The notes below the pieces were generated by a model. That model ran no database searches and had not been told where the DNA came from. It saw only the letters and a program-made list of their open reading frames with translations. The translations under genes and the position numbers were made by a program. Source: Nageia nagi (Eukaryota > Plantae > Pinophyta). From it: a DNA stretch of 64,000 nt. The DNA lies in NCBI GenBank assembly GCA_050084985.1, contig JBITNC010000001.1, positions 199,950,001-200,014,000 on the forward strand. The letters run 5' to 3'. Below are positions 13,512 through 24,750 of this stretch, one piece after another (position 1 is the stretch's first letter; every line of letters begins with the position of its first letter).

Positions 13512-15499
13512 TAATGAACTACATGTGAGACTGAGAGAGGGGTTGAATCAGTGTATTTAACTTCAAAACTTCAAACCCAAAAACTTTAAATAGTGCAGTA
13601 TAAAGATAAAACTAAATAGAGAAAACACACAAGAGAACATCACACAACACAAGATATAACAAGGTTCACCAATGTGGCTACATCCTCGAATAAGATTGCT
13701 TGGACTTCAATCCAAATATAGCCATTATAAAACACCAACTTTACACACAATTTACCAACACCAACTAGAAGGAGCACTAAACCCTAAGTTTTGTAGCATC
13801 AACTCCTCTTGCAAATCACCCACTTGAAAAATTCAATAAGATAAGATGAAGGATTAATAACCAGTTACCCAAGACTCAGAATGGTCTAGCTCAAAATACT
13901 TCTACACATAACCATAATCTAAATCTATCTATTCAATATTTCCTTCTCATTCTAAAAATAACCAACCTCTTTTGTAGCTTCAACCCTTTTATTCATACTC
14001 ACTCACTCTTCACACTTATCAGTTGAAAAACCCAAAATGGATCAAGAAATTATTCCTAAAACTACTGGAAAGATTGCCATTATTCAAATTAGGAAAGCAT
14101 TTCACATTCTAATTCAAAATTGATATGATTTCTTACACACATTTCTAACTCTCAACACTTGTATAACTATAAAGAAATCATTCATTTAGACACATCTACT
14201 ACTCACACATACTTCACACACAGCTCAAAATCATACTACACTACCAATGCATAAACCTAGAAAGATTTGAATGTTAGAGAATTGGTTCATGACAATATAT
14301 TGGTTGCACTTATGATGTGTGTTCCAATTCCATATGACATTAAATGGTATTATGATTTTTGCATAGATGCTCAATCATCTCTAAAAGCCTATATTTATAT
14401 TTTATATCACTAAGAATCCCCAAACTTAATTGGGAGTATAATATATTTTAACAAGAAATAAAAACATATATTCAAAAATCATAATAAGCATTTGGTCAAA
14501 CATTTCACTACCAAAATTGGGCTCAAAACTTAGCCAAAATTAATATCTTTTCATTTCGTCAAACACTTACTAGGCATTTTGTAACCTATACCATTTTTGC
14601 CTCAATTGTCTCCTTGATATGAAATTTGGACCACATATTGTAACCTATACCATTTTTCCCTTGGTTGCCTCCTTGATATGAAATTTGGACCATATATACT
14701 AAATATACCCAAATACACTATATCCAAATTTGAAGGTTTAAATACTCATATTTTTCTCATAGCATGTCTTGCAAAGTGGCCTCTGACAAAGATTTCATTG
14801 GTATTTTGTCAAACAATTTTACATGCTTAGTTTTGTACAAATTATAAATTCTCATACTTCGAGACCTCAAATTGAGATGATTAAAAATATAAATTTATTC
14901 ATATAATCAAGTTATACATGTAAAAACTTATAAATTCTAAATTTAAAGACTTTAAGAGCTCAAAACAACCATCAAACTATTTCCATGACTTGGCCAAAAT
15001 TTATTCTCAAAACTGAAAAAAGTTACGAAGTGGCATTTTGTAGCATGCATCATTTCTACCTTGGTCATAATCTTGCTATGAAATTTGGATCAAATTTTAT
15101 TGGTATATATTACTATATATTATTTAAATTTTAGCTTCTTAATTAAACATATTGCTCGCAATTTGACTTGCATGGAGCCAATTTCATCCAAATGTCTAAC
15201 TGTTCAAAAAACCATAAGTGTGCCCAAAAAAGAACCAACATGAAACTTGACCATTCCAACACTACACACAAGTTTGTTATCAATCCAAAAACTTATCCAA
15301 GCCATCTCTAGTTTTCCATCACCTTCCATTTGCATTTTGGCCCTCTTGACAACTTTTGGTCCTTTTATCATTTTTGCATCTGACAGCTTTGTAAATCTTA
15401 TCGACATCATTTTTTTGACATGTACAACCATGTGAACCATATGCTTATTGATCTCATCATTTTTAAAATAATTACAACACCACTACACCATAATCAACA
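13512..15499 (-). mobile_element. Solo LTR (~2.0 kb) of a Copia (SIRE/Maximus-like terminus) family
   Basis: Begins taatgaactacatgtgagactgagagaggggttgaatcagtg, the reverse complement of the ATTCACCCCCCTCT-type U5 end seen at 23690-23730, and ends tcaaca. 5-bp TSD ATTAC/ATTGC with one mismatch. Confidence 0.8.
14579..14696. repeat. 59-bp tandem duplication within the solo LTR
   Basis: ttgtaacctataccattttt...ccttgatatgaaatttggacca occurs twice head-to-tail. Confidence 0.85.
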
Positions 15500-15860
15500 A
15501 TTGCAATTTTGAAGAAGGGTAAACCATTTTAACCACTTCAATAATTTGCAATCATGGAAAAGGGTGAACCTTTTTAAACACTCCATAAATTTGCAACTTT
15601 GGAAAAGGAAAAACCCTTTTAACCACTTAAATCATTTTTAATTTTGGATAAGGGTGAATCTTTTTAACCACTCTATCAATTTGTAATCATGAATAAGGGT
15701 GAACCTTTTTAACCACTCCAACAATTTACAATTTTGGATAAAGGCGAATATTTTTAACCACTCCAATAGTTTACAATTTTAGATAAGGGTGAACCTTTTT
15801 AACCACTCCATTAATTTGTAATCATAGATAAGGGTGAACCTTTTTAACCACTCCATCCAT
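15500..15860. repeat. Minisatellite, 8 x 45 bp
   Basis: Consensus tttgcaattttggataagggtgaacctttttaaccactccatcaa repeated without spacers. Confidence 0.9.
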
Positions 15861-16529
15861 TACAACTTGCAAATAATCCAACATGGATATAACTTTCTAC
15901 CATGGAAGTAACTAGTGCATTATAAATCATCATAAACATGCCAAGTCAATAGTTATAGTCACTTGTATACATAATACAATAACCCTTCTAAGGATGAGGT
16001 AATCATGATAAGAATTCATACTTTAATCCTTCTTAAGGATAACTTTACCAACCCAAGAGATTAATATTTAGGTAAAAATATCAATAAAGTTTTATTTTAA
16101 TAGACAATAAAAACAAAGTCCCATCCAAAACTTACTCCTTGATAAAACATACTTGGATTTTGAAAAAATGCTTTGTTATGAAGTTAATAATACTCCCCCT
16201 TAAGAGTAACTTCATTAAAAATTGTAGCATTTTACTAATATATACAAATGTATAGAGGAATGTACACTTCTCAAAGGTACACGTACACTTCCCTTTCAAA
16301 GCAAGAGTTGTGGGTTTTACTTATGCAAAAAATAATCAACATTGTATCAATATAACAAGGTTTATTAATCAAAAAATACTTCTTCCATACATTAATCTTG
16401 TTAAAAAAGAAGATATTTACACCAATAATAACCAAATATGAAGGAGATTGTGTTAAAAATAAATTATCACACTAATCAATGGTGATATGCAAGATATCCA
16501 TATAATCAAATAATATCCTCAACAAATTG

Positions 16530-16810
16530 AATGTGGAGAAAGTTTACAAAACTTTTCACTCCAACACAGATATCAACCAATGTGCACAAACCAAAAATTT
16601 TGAGGGTCAATTTTCCATCCAATTAATCAAAATATGAATAACCATTCAAATTTGGATAAAGTTCACAAGCTTTCCACTCCAACAAGGATATCAACCAATG
16701 TGCATAAACCAAAAATTTTGAAGATCAATTTTCTATCCAATCAAAAAATATGCACAGCCATTCAAATTTGGAAAAATTTTACCAACTTTCCACTCCAACA
16801 AGAATTTAAA
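16530..16810. repeat. ~118-bp tandem repeat, about 2.5 copies
   Basis: cactccaaca recurs at ~16557, ~16676 and ~16791; the first two are followed by gatatcaaccaatgtgca. Confidence 0.8.
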
Positions 16811-19069
16811 CAACTAAAATTTTTGAAAATACATTTTACATCCAACCAAGGATATATTTGGCATAATTGCAAAAATTTGTAATACCTTAAAAACAAATTT
16901 GCAATACATTAAAAAATGGTTTCTATAGCAATATATTTGACATAATTGCAAAATAAAATTTTATCTTCAAAACTTATCAATTTATTTTAAAAATTTGATT
17001 CAATATGTCCAATATTGCATAATAGTTTTACCTTGAAAAATTTGCAATACTTGCCAAAGGTTTACTAAAAAATTGTTGCAATGATCAATATTTCAATAAA
17101 ACTTTGCCATAAGATTATTAACATAATGTATTAATCTATCAAAGGCATACAAAACTAAAAAATAATTTTACTTAAAATAAATTTACAAAATTTATCCAAA
17201 AAATAGTTACATTAATTATTGTGCAAAAAAAAGATTTTTCAAAATAATAATGAAATTTATGATATGCACACCTCATAAATAAGCATTTAAATTTTATGTT
17301 AACCCATATGCAACATGTGCACTCATTATATTGAAATGAGCATTCATTAGTATTTTATGACATACCCATATGCACCAAATTTTATATCACAATATTTATT
17401 TGCACAAATAAAGTTTACCTAACATGTTTTCCATTTTGTACAATCATATAATCCATCAACTCCAATAAAATAAATAAAGGTAGTTATGGAGAAGTTGGTG
17501 TACACAAGGCCATTATGCTTTTCCATAATGGGTATGTAAAAACATGAATAATATTGTCATCTAATTTTATGCACTCATTAAATTTAATGTCATTTCATAT
17601 AACTTAATGAGATGTTCATAATATCTTATAAAAAATATAAAAAATTTAGTCAACTACCTTTTTAGAGATTAACAAACTATAAAATAATCATAAATGCAAT
17701 TTTAATGTTATTTGCTTTACCAAAATTAATATCCCTATCTTCTTTCAAAGTCCCAAGAATTTAATTGAGAGAAAAGAGTCTCTACCTTACCTCCTTAGGG
17801 ACATGGTTTAAGTATTTTCTATTTAGTCTAATACTTAAACCACTAATGGGATGGCCAAGCCCAAATCACATAGATTATTTGGTCAATCTCATTTTAAATC
17901 ATCACTACAATGCAATTCCTTTTGTTCATTTGGAATCTTTGACAAAAAATAATAATAAAATTATAATTAATAAGAGTGATAAACACAAGTGTAGATCAGA
18001 TTTGATCCATTTGGAGGAGTATGGTGGATCAAATTTGATCCTTTTTAAGAAGCCTATGTATTTAGGGTAAAACATTGGGGTTTATATGTATGATAGCATG
18101 GCACTCTAATTTCTCACACATACGCTTGCAATAGAGAAAAAAATAGATTGCATGATCAAATACCTACTTATTTCTACAAGAATAGAATATCCATGTAGGG
18201 GTTAAGGTTTTATTCCCCTTCAGGGTCAGAAGCTATCCCTTAATAGTGGTACATACCCATTCAAAAATGGATGCAACCCCTCTTGATGGTCTATGCCTTC
18301 TCCTTAGGGTTGGCAACCCCCTAGGGAGCTTATGCATCCCTTAGGGGGTTGACCAGCTCCTTGGGTTGGATGTGCCCCTTTAGGGTACACTCCCCCCTAC
18401 AAGGTGGTCATGCCCCCTTTGGGGGTATGCAACCCTTCAGGAATCATATGGACCCTTCATGGGGTATGCATCCCCCTTGGGGTGGTTGACCTCACCTACT
18501 TGGGGTGGCTCACTTTCCTAGGTACAAACCCCCTTTTTTAATAAAAATGTAATTTTTTATTATTTTTTATTTAAATTTTTAATATAAAAAATATTCTTTC
18601 CCTTTTTTTATATATACCAACAAAAAAATATTTTATGTATAAAAATAGAATATGTAGCCTTATTAGTTTTACAATTTTCTATACTATGAAATTTTACAAA
18701 TATTGTAATTAAAAAAATCATGCTTTTTTAACCTATTTTTATTACTTAAAAAAATTTGTAAGATTTTTTTTTAGTGTAAAATTTTACAAAATAAAAAATT
18801 AAAAATTTTTTTCTTGAACTTTGCAAACAGAATTGCAACTATATAAGATCTTAGCATAGATTAAAATCTAATTTAAAAAATATTAGATTTGACTATGTAA
18901 AAAAAATAGATACACTAATTTCACAAGATCTTAGAGTCTAACCATAGAAAGTATGTTAAATATAACGAAAAAAAATGAAACAAGATTAAAGTTAGATATA
19001 CTTTGCATGAGAGTTACCTCAAGATGATGGACCTAAAACTTGAAAGAGGTAATCACAAGAAGACTCTAA

Positions 19070-19569
19070 TGATGTAATTGAAGGATTCCATAACCAAGAT
19101 CACTTGTTCCTACTCCAAAAAATGTACACTCAAATTACTCTCAACATATTAATAAATCAATCACACAAGAGAGATAAAATATATAGTGGTTCCTCTCTAA
19201 GAGAGTACTCTACTTTAAGCTATAAAATATCTATTAACATCTCATGGCTATTTACAATAATAATGCACTATAATAACTCTCCTTTCTATTAACTTCTACA
19301 ATCTAAACTTCTCTACTTTCTCCTACTCATGGGGTCCTTATATAGGACTCAAAGTTAACCCTAGCTGGTTAGTAAACTTAACCACCTATGGTTAACTAAC
19401 TATGAGTTTACAATATAGAATTAATAATTACATTTGAACTCACTTACACCATTAAGTGGACCTAAATGTACTAATCACATGTGCATTTACTTACATCATG
19501 GACCTACATATACCCCATTATAAATTATGTGGGGTTTCATATTTTCTTATATAGATAATCCACTTATTA
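19070..19569 (-). repeat. 5' LTR of the Copia-like insertion, truncated at its outer end
   Basis: Matches 10517-11017, then switches to host aRH sequence at acttatta. Confidence 0.85.
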
Positions 19570-21313
19570 ACACTATCCTAGCTACTTTTACCTTAGATTT
19601 GGTTACATCAAAGTATATATCTAAGACTTCTGAATCTCTCAATTGGTGTTTCATAAGGGTCGATACCACAGTGTTCATCTTAGTGATAACATAGTTAAAT
19701 GTTCCATCTTCTTCTATTTAACTTAGGAAGTTCAAGGTACTCTCATCTTCAAGATGTAGGTTTTCTATTAATCCATCAAGATCCTTTATTTTAGAATAAT
19801 TCATGATTAGTTGATGCATCTTTTCAATATGGAAGGTTTATGTAGACTCATTAAAAATATTCAACTTTTTATCTTTACATGGAACTAATATATGTGAATA
19901 ATTCATAACCAAGTAGCCTCCTATTTTAGCAATGAATTCTTTGGATAAGCAAATACCAAACAAGGGGTAGGTCTACCATAGTGATATCTTGGATAACAAA
20001 AATATACAAGCATTTATGCAACTTCATTTCTATATCTTTAACTACCCTAGTTATTTTTACATTGGTTCCATCAAATTGTAATACTCCATTCAAGGTACTT
20101 ATGCATTCTAGATGCATTATGTTAGCGATTTTCTTTAGTATGATGATAGTTAAAGCTCTAAAGTTAATCAAACAATTATGAATTACATGGCCTTCCACCT
20201 ACAAGGATATGTAAAATGGAGGGGGTCTAATTTTTCCCATCCCAAACAACTTGGTAGCTAATTCTAGATTATAATTTGGCCACTTTACTCCTTTGGTTGA
20301 GGAAGGTAAGGCCACTTTGAGGAGATCAATTTGCACCAAGATTTGAAGTGCACCAAACAAAGACACCCTTGAAGGTGTGCATTTTTTCACTTCCATAATA
20401 TTATAAGGACTTAGGTTTGTAGGATTACCTTATTTCTATAAGAATCTCTTATGGAAATGTTGAGCTTTCTCCTATATGTGATCCTAGGTTAATGATGGAA
20501 AACATAATGTTTTATCGACCTTTTTCCTTTCATCATCCAACTATTATTTTTCTTCAATCAAATTTATCCTAATGTTTTCAATGATTTTTTATAGCTTTTT
20601 CTTAATTTTTTTTTATCATAGTATTTTCCTTTAAGAAAGTTTATGAATCTTTCATTTGAATTATTAATCCCACATATGGTATTGAGGTACCCAATGATTC
20701 CATGTATAGTTTTTTAGAACTTATTATTTCAATGGTGAACATGCATATCTCTATAGGACTTATATTTACAAAATTAGATTTTGAAGCTTTTATGGTCATA
20801 CATTCATATGTGATACCTCCATTATCCATCAGCTACACCTAATATTGGTATGTTGGGCAAGAATATTACACATGAGGGTCATTACAAGCAATGCACCAAT
20901 TTTTACTTTGAGCCTCTAGATCATCTAGTGATAAGTACACTGGATCTTCCTCCTTCTTGATAGATGTTGACATTTATTCTTTGGATGTATAAGGGAATAT
21001 CCTTTATTGTCCTTCATCATACTTATAATTGCTTTTCAAGGTAATGAATTAATTAGCCATGCTACTCAACATAGCCTTTAGTTTATTTATTTACATTTGC
21101 ATGGCAATTTCACCCTAATTTGAAGTGCTCAAAAGGGGTATCGATAGTATGAGAGGAACACTAGGTATTGGGAGGGCTAACTAGGTGTTCAAGGTCCTTT
21201 GTTGACTAGGTACTCTTGCATTTATATATTTAACAAAGTGTTTTCATTTTTATCAACACACTTAGCGGGACCTAGCTGGTGTTGTGATATAGTATTTGGA
21301 GCATGGATATAGA
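19570..21313 (-). pseudogene. Element A gag C-terminus, protease and N-terminal stub of additional RNase H
   Basis: ORF remnants 20199-20396 (PPPFYISL) and 19926-20198 (HNCLINFRA, decayed DSGA protease motif); IYFDVTKSKVKVARIVLIS at ~19560-19620 is the aRH N-terminus. Confidence 0.8.
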
Positions 21314-23730
21314 TGTTCAATGATGTTGAGGATGTGTTTGATGCTTGGTTAAATTTAGTACAAGTAATTTTTGTAAATATATTTGCAAAATTTGTTAAAA
21401 AGTTATTTGGAGATGTTTGGTGCATGTGTGGACATGTTTGGTACTTGGGAAAATTTGTTGCAGAATGTTCTTGTGAAATTTTAAAAGATGCAAAAGTTGT
21501 AAATGTTGCACATATGTGCCAATGGATTGTGTTGGATAGCCCAACATATCATTTGGATCCTTATTTATAATTTGGAAGTAAATTTGTAATGTTGATTTAG
21601 TGTCAAATAGATTTTGATACCATTTTGGACCTCTTGATAATTTTGCTAGGACAAGTCAATTTCACTTTGGTGAGTGTTTAGATAGGATGGATCAATGTGA
21701 AGTATATCAACATGTCTAAAAACATGCAAGCATGGTGTTTGAGGTATCATATCAATGTTCAAGATTATTTTAGGCATTCATAGTATTTGATTAGGCAATT
21801 GTGCACTCTTTGTAACAAGTTGAAAAAGTGACCTCAATTCCACTTTATAGGTGGACTATTAAGAAAATTGTTAAGAGTTATATTACAAAATTTTAACTCA
21901 AGGTAGTTGGTACTAATATGCATATATATTTCAAATTTTAATTCAAACAAACATTTGGTGAAAAAATGGTATGTATTTCAAAAAGATAATTTGTCACTTT
22001 TTTCAATTTTGGACAGTATTGTAGGACAACAGCAAAATGGTAAAATCCTTTATGTTTTGATGCACCTTCAAATGATCATAACTTTTGATCTGACTATTAG
22101 ATCATCTTGAAATTTTGAAGAGAGCAAGATATGTATTTTCATGATTCGATTGCAACCTCCATTTGGAGGGATACCCCCAAATGGAAATTTTTTTTATCAG
22201 CCTAAATCCATCATTAAGTACCCCAAAATTAGCTTTTAGTGTCAATTTTTAGGATTTTCCAATAAGTAAATTTTAATATCTTTTGTTATAGAATTTTTTT
22301 AAGAGAATAAATTGGGGAGCACCTTAGTTCATGTTAACTAGGCTTGTACATCGATTTTGGCTAGGATCTAAGGAAATTTCTATTTTTAGAAACTTTCTAT
22401 ATCTTTAGAAACTTTCTATTTTAGTAACATCATTTCCAATCAGTTGGTTATTTTTATGAATTAGAGTTTTCTTATTTCTATATTAGCTATTGTAACAGAC
22501 CTAAAAAGGTAGTGTAAATTAAGAAGAATAAAGAATTAATGTTGTGAATTTTATTCTTCCATTGATTTGCTTGTTATGTATATCAATTTTTTTGGAGATT
22601 TATTTTGATCTCTTGTAGGAATCTGCACCATGTTTGGTCACAAATTTTAAAATCTAATGATTTATTGATGATCAGCTCATCAAAATGAGCAACTTTTCTT
22701 TTTGAACCATCTAGCGTGAAGTGTTTGAGAAAATGTCTCTTTAAAATGTGAAGGTTCGACATATTTTATATTATTAAAAGATATGAATATATGTTATCGT
22801 ATGGCATGATTTATAGAAAAATCATCTTTATTAAAATTAAGTGGCACAACAAAATAACAATATTGTGGAGGTATACATGTAAATAGAAATGGTCGATAAT
22901 CTTATTGAGTTTATTAAAGAGAATATAGAGGTGTTTTATTTTTCTTTAAGAGAAGTGCAAGAGTCGGTTAATTTTTTAAAAAAGGATAAAAAATATTTAT
23001 AATAAGGAGTTACAAAAATAAGTGGTATTTTTTTCTCTCAAGCAAAGAGTGAAAAAGAGATCATGAAGGGTGTCTCACAATTTTGCCTATAACTTTTAAT
23101 TCGTTACTCCTTTTGAGCCTGTTCTTTTTCTAGATCATGCAAAATTTGAATATCCATAAGATCATCATGTATCCTATGGAATACATCATTAAGAGCTAAA
23201 AACATCATCTTATGGTATGAATTTACAATTTTATTAAGGGTTTTTATTAAGCTTATGGAAAACATTTTTGTTATGTATTCAAAGAATTAACTTTTAAGTT
23301 GTTGGAGTGTAGTGGGATTGAGATAGTTAGTATGAGAAGAGATTTAATTTGAGCAAGACCATCGAGGTTCTTTAAGAATTGGATTCTTTTTTTCTACATA
23401 TTTGAGGTCTTGTCAAGTGGGTGCTTAGTAATTGAGGTTGAAGCTTCATGCAGTTGGTTCAATAAAATATTTGGTTAGTTGGTGCCATCCTCTAGTGGGT
23501 GCTGTAGAAATTTTTGAAAGTCCATCTTATTTATTTTCAACTAGATTTGAGTGGGATCCCAAGTAGTCCATTGGTACAATGGTTTTTCCCACATCAAGTT
23601 TTCACTATAAATCTTGTGATATGTGATGCATGCTTTTGTGAGTGTGTTTGATTGCTGGATTTTTATAATTGGTTAAAGTTTTAATTCATACTAATTCATC
23701 CCCCCTCTCAGTGTCACACATAGTTCAACA
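21314..23730 (+). mobile_element. Solo LTR (~2.4 kb), same Copia-type terminus family as 13512-15499 but in opposite orientation, inserted in element A gag
   Basis: TGTTCAA start and ...attcatcccccctctcagtgtcacacatagTTCAACA end; gag resumes on both sides. Left boundary less certain. Confidence 0.7.
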
Positions 23731-24750
23731 TTATAAAGTTTCTAGTAAATAATTAAGAAGCCCTAGGTATCTCTTTTAAGGAAGATGCAAATAAAGAAGG
23801 ATGTTGGATCTCCTTAGGAAATGTAATATATGGAGTAAAAGGAGATGTGATCTAACTTGGGAGCTTTTTGATCATGATGAGGGAAGATTCAATTATTGTA
23901 GCTACTTTATATAATGATGGGAATGTTGTTTCTCTAGGTATTTCTATTTGAAATGCCATATCATGTGTAAAAGAACTTATAAAATACATATATGTAATGC
24001 ATGCTAGGGGTTTTAATTGGGTTGAGATTCGACTCCATGTTTTACCAAAATAGATATTGAAGTATGTGATGGATTCCTATAGATACCTCTACATGGTAGT
24101 AAAGTTTATGAATAGGGAATAATAATCTTTAGTTTCATCAAATTCTTTGATGAAGGTCTCAATGAGATATCTCTATGTAGTAATAGATTTATCTGGTAGA
24201 CATTGATACTAGTCTAATATCTTTTCTTTGAAAGACTATGCTAGGAGATTCATCATTACATTCTCTTTGGTGATGTTATATCTATTTCTTGTAGTAATTA
24301 TGTTAAGATAATGCTCATAAATTATCTTCCTATTACCATCATAATTCAAAGGGACTTTAAAGCATTTGATGGAATAGCCATTGAATTTATCAAGTTTAAG
24401 GGACTAACAATATTCTATTCTAGATATATGTGTTTCTTCTTAAGAATTCATTATTAATATCATATTGAATGGTGATAGAAAAGTTAAACCAAGAGGTTTT
24501 ACTAGAATGAGGATATAAATCAAATACTTATTCCTTCTAATAGTGTTCTTCCCTTTCAGGTCAAGTTCATAGAATTCAATAAGATTATTTCTTGCCTTAG
24601 CTTGAGTTCTTGTAAATATTAACTCAATTTGTGCTTAACAAGGATTATATTTTGGTAATGAGTTCATTCCCAAATCTTGTTATATTTGGGAATCAATCTC
24701 AAGCATATGAATAACATTGATTTACAAAGTTGCTAATAAGACCCTTAGGG
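23731..24750 (-). pseudogene. Element A gag N-terminal/capsid part (first of six amplified copies)
   Basis: Retrotransposon gag motif MVRLLA*SFKEKILDWY..LPDKSITTW (composite of the copies); ORFs 27041-27316 and 30413-30700 are paralogous copies. Confidence 0.85.

Larger units (their letters stand above)
10517..19569 (-). mobile_element. Copia-like LTR retrotransposon, heavily decayed or non-autonomous, inserted in element A pol
   Basis: Direct repeats 10517-11138 and 19070-19569. PPT complement ctccccattaa at 11139; eroded tRNA-Met-type PBS complement (agactctaat) at 19061-19070. Only faint coding remnants inside. Confidence 0.75.

Noticed and set aside
15500-15860. 45-bp repeats as a CRISPR array
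   Set aside because: Contiguous degenerate units with no unique spacers, no cas genes, and a plant TE context.
19562-19577. ttaaca at 19572 as the true LTR end with an atat/ctat TSD
   Set aside because: Better explained as host aRH sequence joined by a microhomology deletion.
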